52,685 nucleotides of DNA from Hymenobacter sp. (GCA_043738185.1 JAYSZD010001079.1:1-52685), one strand, 5' to 3'; counted from the stretch's first letter, positions 39,099-48,780 are shown. Translations and numbers: made by a program. Notes: generated from the sequence alone by a model not told the origin.

Positions 39099-40396
39099 TG
39101 ACGATGGATAATCAAGCATACCTTTTTGAGGAGCGCGCCGAAGAAATACAGGACTTGTTGGCAAAAGAGCCTTCTTGGTTCATGCGTTGGACTATCACTG
39201 TAGTATTGATTGTGGTATCTATGTTGTTGCTGGGCAGTTGGCTAATTCATTACCCCGAAATTGTGAAGGCTCCGTTTACCTTAACTGCAGTTAACGCCCC
39301 GAAGTCAGTTGTTTCGCATACAAATGGGACGCTAGTCAAACTGCTGGTACGCGAACAAGATACCGTCCTCGCGGGATCTGCCTTGGCCTATATGGAAAGC
39401 ACCGCTCGCCACGAGGACGTGTTGAAACTGTCATCTGAACTAGCAGAGGCTTGGACATTTACTCTCGAAGGGCGATTAGAGGCGTTATCTTCCTTGCAGC
39501 TGACAAAGCATCAGCAGATGGGTGAGTTGCAAAGTTCTTATCAAGCATTTGTGCAAGATTACGTCCAAATGCAATCATACATTGACAAGGGATTTATTTC
39601 AAAAAAAAGGGACTTAATTCAACGAGAAGCTGCCGATTTGATTTCAATGCAGCGTAATATAGAAAAGCAGAGAGATTTATTAGCCAGTGATGGAAAACTT
39701 GCAAGAGATGAGTATAAATTGCAACAAAAGCTCGCGCAGGAAAAAGTTATAGCTTCCTTAGACTTAACAAAGGAAAAAAGCAAATACATTTCGCGACAAA
39801 TTCCCTATCAGCAGGCAATTTCATCGTTGATTAACAATCAATACCTGCAGCGTTCTAAGCAAAGAGAGCTTTTGGAACTGGACAAATCAATAAGTGAACA
39901 AAGGAGCTTATTCTTACAATCCCTTAACAACTTGCAGAGCGCAATAGCCGCTTGGCAAATGAAATTTATTCTCAAGTCACCCGTAAGCGGCATAGTCCTT
40001 TTCGCAACTCCATTACAGCCAAATCAACAAGTTACTTCTGAGCAAGAGTTACTTTATGTTGCTCCGGAAAGAAAAAGATTTGAAGGAGAGATTAACATTT
40101 CTCAAAATAATTCGGGGAAAATTGCTGTTGGGCAACGCGTTCTAATCAAATTTGACGGTTATCCATATCAGGAATATGGCATTGTTTATGGTCGCGTTAA
40201 GTCCATTTCTAACATTCCAGTGAAAGATGGAAGTTTTTTTGCACGGATTGAGCTGCCGGATGGATTAATGTCAAATTATCATAAAAATTTGGCAAGCAAA
40301 GTGGGCATGAGAGCATCAGCTGAAGTCATCACTAATGACAAAAGGCTATTTGAGCGAATATTTCAACAGCTTAAGGGTATAGTGGTAGGCTCTTAG
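39098..40396 (+). CDS. HlyD-family secretion membrane fusion protein
   Basis: Single TM helix, long coiled coil, LKSPVSG, GQRVLIKFDGYPYQEYG; coupled to the PCAT stop codon. Confidence 0.88.
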   Translation: MTMDNQAYLFEERAEEIQDLLAKEPSWFMRWTITVVLIVVSMLLLGSWLIHYPEIVKAPFTLTAVNAPKSVVSHTNGTLVKLLVREQDTVLAGSALAYMESTARHEDVLKLSSELAEAWTFTLEGRLEALSSLQLTKHQQMGELQSSYQAFVQDYVQMQSYIDKGFISKKRDLIQREAADLISMQRNIEKQRDLLASDGKLARDEYKLQQKLAQEKVIASLDLTKEKSKYISRQIPYQQAISSLINNQYLQRSKQRELLELDKSISEQRSLFLQSLNNLQSAIAAWQMKFILKSPVSGIVLFATPLQPNQQVTSEQELLYVAPERKRFEGEINISQNNSGKIAVGQRVLIKFDGYPYQEYGIVYGRVKSISNIPVKDGSFFARIELPDGLMSNYHKNLASKVGMRASAEVITNDKRLFERIFQQLKGIVVGS

Positions 40397-40735
40397 TTAA
40401 AAACAAGAATAGCAGGAGGGTAATTAATAAATTAAGAGTTATTCTGTTTATTCTTGAATAAATCGTTTATTTAGTTCATTTGCTCAATGGACATGATTTA
40501 AAAGATTGACTTCACTTTGTTTAGATTGTCATTAGAGATATTTCTATCAATTATCTTAAATGAAATTTGTAGATGAAGGCAGGGTTCATAATAATAATTC
40601 AACTATCATGGCAATTAGTAAATACTTTACATGTAATTGAGTGATATGTTTGAGGTGTAATCATAGAAAGGATTAAGTTGAAAATAAAATATTAAATCAA
40701 ACATATATCAAGACTTTTTCTGCATTTCATTTAAC

Positions 40736-42349
40736 ATGAATAAGCTCATCACAAAGCGTGACGCCCAACTTACTCCTTCAATTCTTTTTAGGAATGCAGT
40801 AACATTGTTAGGCCTAAAGATCACAGCTAAGTCTTACAAGTTTGTAGTTGATTCGACCTTAGCAGAACTAGTAAAGGGCTTCCAGCGAGTAAACGTTAGC
40901 ACATTAGCACTTAAGCTCAGCTTAAACGATTTAACTGATGTCGCATTTCCTATAATTGCGCACTTTCACACCAGTCCGGAAAGATTCGTTCTTGTTACCG
41001 ATTTAAAGCAGAATCTTGTCACTTACCATGACCCAACTGCTGGTTGGACTACCGAGGATAGCGCATTGTTTGACTCCCGTTGGTCAGGGATTGCTCTTCT
41101 GCTAGAAGCGCATGAAAACAGCGGCGAACTTGGTTACTATACCAACTTACAAACAGAGCGGTTGAAAACTTTACGCCAAGTCAGTATAACTGCATTGTTA
41201 AGCCTCTGGGTGATAGTTTCTTTCAGTGCTGAAATGTCTGATAAAGCAGCAATAGCGGGAGTTTTATTGCTTTGTGGAAGCGTGACGTGCAGCTTGTTAA
41301 TCGCTACTGACTTAGGAAGTAATTTTGCTGACCCCTTCTGTAAGATCAGCAAAAAAACCAATTGCAAAACGGTGTTGAATTCTCCGGCCGCAGCGCTTTT
41401 CGGATGGTTGAAAATGAGCGATATAGGGTGGATATGGTTTTTTGGCGCTTGGCTGACATGGAATCTCGGTATCCTCACGAATAACTTGGAACACACACTT
41501 ATTGGCATCCTAGCGATGACAACGTTAGCCCTGCCGTACGTACCGTTTTCAATACTATATCAATGGCTCAAGGTCAAAAATTGGTGCTTACTGTGTCTTG
41601 TAGTATTATCTGTTTTTGTGGTATTGTTTCTGAGTTTATTTTCTCTCAGAAATCAGGTTTGGGAGCTTTTAAATGATACTCAAACTTTGGTGTCAATGTG
41701 TTGCGGGTATGCTTTTTCTTTGCTGATTGTTATTTTGTCTAAACCTTATATGCTTTCTACTGGTAAAGCAGTTCATTTGCAAAAGAAGAATCAGTTTTAT
41801 CAAGAACAACCAGAGATTTTTAAGATATTGCTGTTTCAACAACCCTATATTTCTAATGATATAAATTTCCCAGATATTATTGTTGGTAATTTGCATTCCG
41901 AATGGAATATTATTGTTATAGTCAGCCCTTTTTGTAAATATTGTGCACAAGCGTATCATATCCTAACTGGGCTGGTTTCACAGATGGATGAGAGATTATC
42001 ACTTGCGTTCCGTTTCAGTGTAAGCATGGCAGACACGTCCTCTGAAGAATTCAAGGTCGCGCAGCACTTACTGGCCGTATCCAAAGATCAGCAATTAGCA
42101 GCACTTGCAGCCTGGTTTCAATCTAAATCATATTCTTCATTATGTGAAGAATTCCCTATCATATCACTTCAAAGCGCTTTTTCAGATTTGCAGCGGCATG
42201 TGGCATGGGCTAACAACAATAATATAGCTCTAACTCCAACTATTTGCATTAATAATCATTTTTTACCAAGCATATACACTATTCAAGATGTTGTATATCA
42301 TCTGCCCTCGTTAGCTTTATCAGAGGCTAAAAATTCTTCAAACCATTGA
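40736..42349 (+). CDS. C39-like/VKOR/thioredoxin (DsbA-like) fusion membrane protein
   Basis: Degenerate C39 fold (YHDPTAGW...WSGIALL); VKOR Cys pairs FCKISKKTNC and WCLLC; thioredoxin SPFCKYC and TPT. Confidence 0.8.
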   Translation: MNKLITKRDAQLTPSILFRNAVTLLGLKITAKSYKFVVDSTLAELVKGFQRVNVSTLALKLSLNDLTDVAFPIIAHFHTSPERFVLVTDLKQNLVTYHDPTAGWTTEDSALFDSRWSGIALLLEAHENSGELGYYTNLQTERLKTLRQVSITALLSLWVIVSFSAEMSDKAAIAGVLLLCGSVTCSLLIATDLGSNFADPFCKISKKTNCKTVLNSPAAALFGWLKMSDIGWIWFFGAWLTWNLGILTNNLEHTLIGILAMTTLALPYVPFSILYQWLKVKNWCLLCLVVLSVFVVLFLSLFSLRNQVWELLNDTQTLVSMCCGYAFSLLIVILSKPYMLSTGKAVHLQKKNQFYQEQPEIFKILLFQQPYISNDINFPDIIVGNLHSEWNIIVIVSPFCKYCAQAYHILTGLVSQMDERLSLAFRFSVSMADTSSEEFKVAQHLLAVSKDQQLAALAAWFQSKSYSSLCEEFPIISLQSAFSDLQRHVAWANNNNIALTPTICINNHFLPSIYTIQDVVYHLPSLALSEAKNSSNH

Positions 42350-42450
42350 AAGCAGTAGTTTGCATAGCAGCAATATTATAATGGCAATATGTGCAATTGC
42401 TATCAGTGTGGCACCTGCTTGAACAATTCATTATGACGTACATGTTGGGT

Positions 42451-43473
42451 CTATTGCCATTCTGTTAAATAGGGATTATATGAACATTTTGCAGGTTTAG
42501 AATAGTGGTTCAATGGCTCGGAAACGAAAGCCCTGCAATCTGAGCAAACGTATCGAAATTCGCAATCTTGACAGATAGTTATTTGGTCTTTGGCTATATG
42601 CCACTTTTCGGCGAAAACTGGGTTTTCTATTACTGTAAAAATTGAGGTGTCTGAAATATGGCCAAAATTATCAGGCATTGCAGGGCAGTTTCTGAAAAAG
42701 CCATATTGATCAATTGATACCTTTTGATTTAAACAGTTGTTTGCTGAAAGTGATTCTGAGAAATGTTTTAAATTAACTAAAAAATAATTTGGTGAAATAA
42801 AACCGCAATGACTTTCATCACCCAATGATTCTACAGTATAAGTTACATTAGTTGTTTTAGACTGAAAATCAGTGAATTGTATATCAACTGGACAACTATG
42901 TGTAATAAGTACCGTTATTCTAGGGAATTCATTAATAAGGTGATTGACAAAGTCAATATCGACTTTCGCATCATACTTTAGGTATAGTTCAATAGATCGA
43001 ATACGGGTGCCATTAAAATTGTTTAGAATTGTAAATAAATCCTTTATTCTGATTGTTTTAAAGATTCGTAACTGAATTGCCCTACATCCAAGCATATCTA
43101 GGTCTTTCACAACTTGACTGTAGTCATATAATTGCTCTCCTATATCTATGATGCTATTCTGTATAACGCAAGGTAGCTCAAACGTAAAATCAATCGCTGG
43201 ATAAAGGCTTAACTCTGCGTGAGTATAAAATGCCCCAACTTCAGCCTTTTCTAAAAAATTAAAATACTCGTCAATAACCTCATGGTCTGAATAGTCAAAA
43301 TCTTTTTTAACTTCTAATAATGACTTTCCCGTTGAGCTTATTAGTATTTCCTGTAAATCGTTGGGTATAAAGTGAATATGACCTTTCTGTAAATCGCAGA
43401 TTGTGGACCTAGAATAGCCTTTTACTGCGATACAATTTGAGTAGAGCTTAAAATAGCGGCTGTCTTCACGCAT
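42451..43473 (-). CDS. Grasp-with-spasm SPASM-domain peptide maturase
   Basis: YFKLYSNCIAVKGYSRSTICDLQ; NNCLNQKVSID, RNCPAM, ICQDCEFRYVCSDCR, KCSYNPY; no radical-SAM CxxxCxxC; ATG 43473. Confidence 0.88.
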   Translation of the reverse strand: MREDSRYFKLYSNCIAVKGYSRSTICDLQKGHIHFIPNDLQEILISSTGKSLLEVKKDFDYSDHEVIDEYFNFLEKAEVGAFYTHAELSLYPAIDFTFELPCVIQNSIIDIGEQLYDYSQVVKDLDMLGCRAIQLRIFKTIRIKDLFTILNNFNGTRIRSIELYLKYDAKVDIDFVNHLINEFPRITVLITHSCPVDIQFTDFQSKTTNVTYTVESLGDESHCGFISPNYFLVNLKHFSESLSANNCLNQKVSIDQYGFFRNCPAMPDNFGHISDTSIFTVIENPVFAEKWHIAKDQITICQDCEFRYVCSDCRAFVSEPLNHYSKPAKCSYNPYLTEWQ

Positions 43474-43474
43474 A

Positions 43475-43705
43475 TCATTTGTTCTTAATGTGCTGAAAGC
43501 ACTTGGAAATGTGTTTTGGATATACAATGGGCACGCATTTTGTACTTTGGTAGCTTTCAATTGCTATAAACCTGGGGCGCAATGTTGCGCCAAGTTGTGA
43601 AGTGTCAGTTGATTCATAATCAATAAAAGTGCATTTCCTGAATGTTACAGGTAACTGACTTAAATTATCAGAAATGAATTCTTTTAGGTCAATGAGCTTA
43701 CTCAT
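43475..43705 (-). CDS. Small hypothetical protein within the RiPP operon
   Basis: 76-aa ATG ORF filling the gap between the ATP-grasp and SPASM genes. Confidence 0.55.
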   Translation of the reverse strand: MSKLIDLKEFISDNLSQLPVTFRKCTFIDYESTDTSQLGATLRPRFIAIESYQSTKCVPIVYPKHISKCFQHIKNK

Positions 43706-43714
43706 ACAAAAAAA

Positions 43715-44680
43715 TTATTGTGTTAAAAATGTCGCAATCATTTTATCAAGTTTGTAATTACAATACTCAGAGTTCGCATTGTATTGACCTATTGGGTTAA
43801 CTTCAAACATCACGTATTTATTATCAAACGTCAAAGCTATATCAAGAGAGCCGCTAATGAGATTTAATTCATGCATTAGCAATAGTAGCTTGTTTTTGAT
43901 TTCTAGAGGAATATTGAATGGAACGAAACGATCAACTGCCTGGAAACTATCCTTACGGATATCTATTGAAGCAGTCTGTCTATTGGTAGGAATTGATGCC
44001 ATTGCGTAAAATTCATTGTTTAAGAAAAAGACTCTCAGTTCTAATTTCTTGTCTATTAATTCCTGAAAAAGACTTAAGGCGAAGCATTCTGATAATTCAT
44101 TTATTCTTTCCAAGTTCCATTCTTCTGTGAAAATTTGTGCAGAGCCATTTTTGTACCCAGCATCTATGCCATTAGAAATAGGTTTGCAAACTATTCTTCC
44201 GTATCTCTCAATAAATAATATGACTTCATCTTTTCTAGAAGTAATGAGCGTGCTTGGTATATCCAGTCCTAGTGCCTGTGCTTTGCTTAGCACAGCTAGC
44301 TTATTCACATTAGCTTTGGAAGCGCTACCAATGCCAGGCTTGTCCTCAAGAGCCAAATTTATATATTCGGCCAATGCAGAATTTTCTAAGTACAGATGGT
44401 GATTAAGTAGTTCTGACTCTTTTGTTTTTGAATTGTTTGAATCTAAAAAATTATAGAAAGTAAAATTGCCCCTCCTATACCAATAACTTGTTATTTGACT
44501 AAGGTTTATTTTTTTTCCCGCGTGAATTATGCTTAATTCATCAAGTTGGCTGACATTAATTGTCGTGCTAATTTGTTTTTTATGATTAATTCTGATTACT
44601 TTTTTCTTTTTAAAGAGCAGCCAATCGATTACATCAGAAGTTGACTGGTCTTCTTCTGTGGTAATTATTAAAATAGGCAT
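43715..44680 (-). CDS. Grasp-with-spasm ATP-grasp peptide maturase (graspetide synthetase)
   Basis: DQSTSDVIDWL, YWYRRG, NKLAVL, LDIPSTLIT, CKPIS, FQELIDKKLELR, FEVNPIGQY. Confidence 0.9.
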   Translation of the reverse strand: MPILIITTEEDQSTSDVIDWLLFKKKKVIRINHKKQISTTINVSQLDELSIIHAGKKINLSQITSYWYRRGNFTFYNFLDSNNSKTKESELLNHHLYLENSALAEYINLALEDKPGIGSASKANVNKLAVLSKAQALGLDIPSTLITSRKDEVILFIERYGRIVCKPISNGIDAGYKNGSAQIFTEEWNLERINELSECFALSLFQELIDKKLELRVFFLNNEFYAMASIPTNRQTASIDIRKDSFQAVDRFVPFNIPLEIKNKLLLLMHELNLISGSLDIALTFDNKYVMFEVNPIGQYNANSEYCNYKLDKMIATFLTQ

Positions 44681-44752
44681 GAGAACATCATTAAAGCTCT
44701 TATTAAACTAACGGGTTTAGCCGTTAACATAAAGAGTGAAATTGAAGATAAT

Positions 44753-44797
44753 AAATGGGGGTTGCATTTAGCATGCCGCTAAACGCAACCCCCATTT
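44753..44797 (-). terminator. Stem-loop between precursor A1 and the ATP-grasp gene
   Basis: 20-bp arms AAATGGGGGTTGCATTTAGC / GCTAAACGCAACCCCCATTT; the one mismatch is G.U on the minus strand. Confidence 0.7.
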
Positions 44798-44826
44798 TAC
44801 TGTGAGTCTTAAAAACAGCATGATGA

Positions 44827-45015
44827 TTAACAACCGGCTGGGCACGTTCCGAATCCTCCTTTGTCGTCGTACCAATCGGTATTGGACCCTTGAAAGCCGG
44901 TGTGGTACACTGGATGCTGCCCACCTGGCATTGCCAGTCCGCCTACGACCTTTCTGAGCATTTTTGGGTCAATGACCTCTGCCTTTACCTGTGAAAGCCC
45001 TTGTAATTTCTTCAT
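44827..45015 (-). CDS. RiPP precursor peptide A1 (double-glycine leader, 62 aa)
   Basis: MKKLQGLSQVKAEVIDPKMLRKVVGG|LAMPGGQHPVYHTGFQGSNTDWYDDKGGFGTCPAGC, first gene of the maturase operon; TAAGTTTG -7 box at 45043-45050 (minus). Confidence 0.88.
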   Translation of the reverse strand: MKKLQGLSQVKAEVIDPKMLRKVVGGLAMPGGQHPVYHTGFQGSNTDWYDDKGGFGTCPAGC

Positions 45016-45518
45016 GTGTTTGTGATGAAATGTGTTCAAAGTCAAACTTACTTAAAAAAATCTCATAAATTATTAAGTGTTTCAAATAAAATTAGTTGAA
45101 AGTAGATACGTTAAGTTATAGGACGTCAGTATATGGATTCGAGAAGGACAGCCGAGTGCCGTTAAGTCAGATTTTAAGGAAGTATTGACGATGTTAAGTG
45201 TAAACTGTTTAAATGAATATAATGGGGCATAGGGAGACGTAATATTCCAAAATCCGAAAAAATTTACCTATCTAACATTTTGGCATTCATGAATATCCAA
45301 AATCATACGGCCTGCGCCTTGTTCTAGTAACTTTGCGTTTCTTATGCGTTGCCTTATTTAAGGTTTGCATGAACCTGTAAATTGCTCTCGTTGATTAGTC
45401 CTATAATACCTGAGCAACGACTTCTTCGATGAAATGCATGTTGAGCCAAATTGGAAGTGTTAAGCTCAATTGTTCATTTTAACCAGGTCACCTCACGTTA
45501 GTGCTACATGGTGCATTT

Positions 45519-46589
45519 TTACTCGAGGTATATTGTCTGAAGCATAGTTTGTCCAACAGCTTTCAGGGTCTTGCGGTCAATTATAGACATATTATCTGCT
45601 GTTGAGTGATGGTACGCAGGGAAAACGTCAGTTGAGGTGTTGTAATGATAAACATCAATTGTGGGTATGCCTGCCTTGTTCGTATAGATATGGTCATCAG
45701 TGATGCCATCTGTTTCCTTGTAGAGGAAATAGTTGGAGTAACCGATCTGATTCGCAACATTCCAAACTTTGTCTAAAGCAGCCCGTGCGTATGTACGCGA
45801 CGTTGCTTCTTGGGTAAAGTTTCCTCCTTTTGCCCCCACCATGTCAAGTAGTACGCCATATTCGGCTTTGTAATTTGCTGGCATCAGATTGGCAGCCCAA
45901 TACTGGGAGCCCAAACACCATGAATCCGATGAGCTGCCTTCAAGCTGATTTTTCAGGTCTGATTGGGTTGAAATATCAAAGCCCCAATCCTCTGCGTCAA
46001 AAAGGATAAAATCCACTCCTATTCTGGGTGCAAGACTGTCGGGTTGCTGGCTGAACACACGAGCCATTTCCAAAGCGACTGCCACGGCACTCGCGCCATC
46101 CGAAGCACCGTCCATTGGCTCGTTTTTCCTTACTGAATCATTGTCAGCAAAGGGGCGCGTGTCCCAATGAGCAAAAATGGCCACTCTCCGGGTGGCTTGA
46201 GGCTGGTATTGCGCAATGATGTTGCGAGCTTTAATATATGTTCCGTCGAAGGTCATCGCCTCGAAGGGTTGTTCCATTACCTTCAAGCCGTAGCTTTTGA
46301 ATTTAGCCACTAACCAATTACCTGTTGCAAGGTGCGCTTTGGTATTAGGTACGCGAGGTCCAAACGCGACTTGTCTGGCCGTGAATGCAAATGCGGAGTC
46401 GGCATTAAACGGTGGAGCACTGAGTGATTTTACTTCAGATGTGGGCGCGTTTTTATTGTTATTCTCAGCTGTTCCACCCTTCTGCTCACAACCTACTATT
46501 GCTGTTAGGCTGGATATTAAAACAAACGCAATGAATCGTTTTAGTATTGGTTGTAAACCCTGGTTATAAACTTGAAAACATTGGGACAT
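45519..46589 (-). CDS. M28-family glutaminyl cyclase-like lipoprotein
   Basis: Lipobox IVGC; FGPRVPNT, AHWDTRP, GASDGAS, FDAEDWG, SWCLGSQYW, LLDMVG, ITDDH, YHHSTADN; start uncertain (46589/46613). Confidence 0.8.
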   Translation of the reverse strand: MSQCFQVYNQGLQPILKRFIAFVLISSLTAIVGCEQKGGTAENNNKNAPTSEVKSLSAPPFNADSAFAFTARQVAFGPRVPNTKAHLATGNWLVAKFKSYGLKVMEQPFEAMTFDGTYIKARNIIAQYQPQATRRVAIFAHWDTRPFADNDSVRKNEPMDGASDGASAVAVALEMARVFSQQPDSLAPRIGVDFILFDAEDWGFDISTQSDLKNQLEGSSSDSWCLGSQYWAANLMPANYKAEYGVLLDMVGAKGGNFTQEATSRTYARAALDKVWNVANQIGYSNYFLYKETDGITDDHIYTNKAGIPTIDVYHYNTSTDVFPAYHHSTADNMSIIDRKTLKAVGQTMLQTIYLE

Positions 46590-47143
46590 GGTCCTCTTTA
46601 TTGGATTTGGCATTTCAAAAATTTCAGATGGGTCAGATGGGAAGGTTAACAATATCAAATGCTACTCATTATCCAGTGGAGCAAACTTCAGCTGCATCCA
46701 CTCCAAGTAAGCGTAGTCTCGTTTTTTCATTTTTCCAATTGACGAGAAATATGAGATTATGTTACTAATTTTGAGTCTGTTTGATTCCGAGTAAGGAATT
46801 TTACAAACTCAAATAACTGCACTTTAATTAAGAATCCATTGAACAAATTTAGAACCGCTATTAAGTCGCATCGACTTGGCTCACCACTGTGGACATAGTT
46901 TGCCGGCTGCCCTGTGGCCGTACAAGAGGCCAGACACGCGAGGCACCCAACGCCAATTCAGCATATTTTATATTGATGATGTGTCTCATTCGTTGTACCT
47001 ACGGCTGGCGTTCCAAGACCGGGTGGGACCACTAAATGCGTTCTCGCCTCCAATACTCGATTGATCCTTATGGGCAAAACGTGATTTTTGGCATCTGTAC
47101 GATAGGGCTACGCAATAGAACAAAGCATTGTCCTTCAAACTTA

Positions 47144-47670
47144 GGGAGTGTTTACAGTTAGAGCCAAGTTAATGCGGCCACTAAGCAGCAAGTAGCATAG
47201 TAGCTGTTGGCGCGTTTGTCGAATCGGGTGGCCACGGCCCGAAAGCGTTTTAAGCCGTTAATAGCGCGTTCGATGTGATTTCGTTCTTTGTAAATTTCAG
47301 CGTTATGCTCAATGGGCACCGTCCGGTTTTTCTTGCTGGGAATCACGGCAGTTGCGCCCGCTTGCTGAATTTGGGCGCGCACGTAGCCCGCGCGTCGTAC
47401 GCCCGGTCGGCCAGCACGGCTTGGCCGGGGCGCAGGTGGTCCCGCAACAGGCCCGGGGCCTGAGGGCAGTCGCCTGCCTGGCCACCGGTCAGGGCCAGGG
47501 CGCAAATCCGGCCCTGCGCGTCGCAGCTTAGGTGGCGCTTGGTCGTGAACCCGCCGCGGCTGCGGCCAAGCGCCTGGCCGACGGGGCTGTCTTTTTTTTG
47601 GCCCCGGCGGCCACTTGGTGCGCCCGCACGGCGGTGGAGTCGACCAGCAACCGGTGCAAGCCCGTGGCGT
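47144..47670 (-). pseudogene. Truncated, frameshifted IS5-family transposase remnant
   Basis: LLVDSTAVRAHQ, A8 slippery run at 47592-47599, ALGRSRGGFTTK, ERNHIERAINGLKRFRAVATRFDK; 5' part missing. Confidence 0.75.
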
Positions 47671-47847
47671 TCTGCACCTACAACCAGAACACATGAAAGC
47701 GGAAAGCATTAATGCTATGCTTGGATTATTGATTGAGCCAGCCAAGTGGAACACTTTATTTTGGTATTTTTGAGGATGGGTGAAAAATAAAGAATTATCT
47801 CTCTATATTTGATTCGTAATTAAACCTAACCCCCACAAAACCCTGCC

Positions 47848-48018
47848 ATGAAAAAGTTGCAAAAACTATCGCAAGTAAAAGCGGAAACCATTGACGTCAA
47901 AGATTTGAAGAAAGTCGTAGGCGGTGTCCCAAGCATGACTTATACCGGCTTTGAAGGTCTGCATACAGACTATTACAGCGGTGATGGTCGCTTTGGTATG
48001 TGCCCCGCCGGCTGCTAA
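47848..48018 (+). CDS. RiPP precursor peptide A2 (56 aa, below the ORF-track cutoff)
   Basis: MKKLQKLSQVKAETIDVKDLKKVVGG|VPSMTYTGFEGLHTDYYSGDGRFGMCPAGC, a clear paralogue of A1; TATATTTG -7 box at 47804-47811. Confidence 0.88.
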   Translation: MKKLQKLSQVKAETIDVKDLKKVVGGVPSMTYTGFEGLHTDYYSGDGRFGMCPAGC

Positions 48019-48076
48019 GTAACCAGTAAAGATCAGCTTAATGTAGTAAAATGAGTTGATCCCAGTTACTGGGTGC

Positions 48077-48138
48077 AATGAAATCAGACGGCGTGAGTTG
48101 ACGGTTTCGATCCGTTGCTCACGCCGTCTGATTTCATT
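48077..48138 (+). terminator. Long stem-loop downstream of precursor A2
   Basis: 21-bp perfect inverted repeat AATGAAATCAGACGGCGTGAG / CTCACGCCGTCTGATTTCATT. Confidence 0.7.
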
Positions 48139-48362
48139 TAGCTACATGGATGCGATTTTAATTATATTTAAGATTAAAGGAGTTAACCGCTTTTTAATTA
48201 GAGTTTCCCTCGCCTGCGCGTACCGGTAGAGGTAATCTTTCGTCAGTTTTCTCCACGCCGACACCGGCTGGACCTGCCTTCTGAACCGCCAACGTCGGGT
48301 AACGTGACAACTGGTCCGAAGGCAAACGAAGGTAAGTTTGTCAAGGGACTGCTTCCTTATAT

Positions 48363-48780
48363 GTGAACGCCTATCAGGAGGCTATGCTGGCCCACTACGT
48401 TAATCGGTGGTAGATTCAACACACGGCGTTGGCCACGCATTGGCTCTCGGTTAGCCACGTGCTAGCCCCCTTCGGGTCTTGGAATTCGCTCCCACGCCTG
48501 CGCGGATGTTGTGGACTTACGCCACATGCGGCATATCTTGGCCAGAAATGCCTCAGTTGCTCGAACTGCATCTCTTCTCTCCGCGTCAAAGCCCAGCGCT
48601 GGTGGACTTGCTCACGACCGTGGCACATTTCCATCAAACTGAGTACGCCCTGCGGGTGAACCATGACTGTGAATTTTAACTTGCCATGGTTGCCAGGTTC
48701 GGCCTGTTCTTGCAGCTTGGTGTCGCTGCCCTACTTGAACGGTCCCGCGCTGGAGCTGATTCCTAACCGGTTGCGGTAAG
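48363..48780 (+). pseudogene. Degenerate SUFU (suppressor of fused)-like protein
   Basis: EFAPTPARMLWTYATCGIS...LELHLFSP...LVDLLTTVAHFH, then frameshifted PWLPGSACSCSLVSLPYLNGPALE. Confidence 0.6.

Noticed and set aside
42451-43473. Radical SAM enzyme (ranthipeptide/sactipeptide) call
   Set aside because: It lacks the CxxxCxxC SAM-cluster motif; only SPASM cysteines are present.
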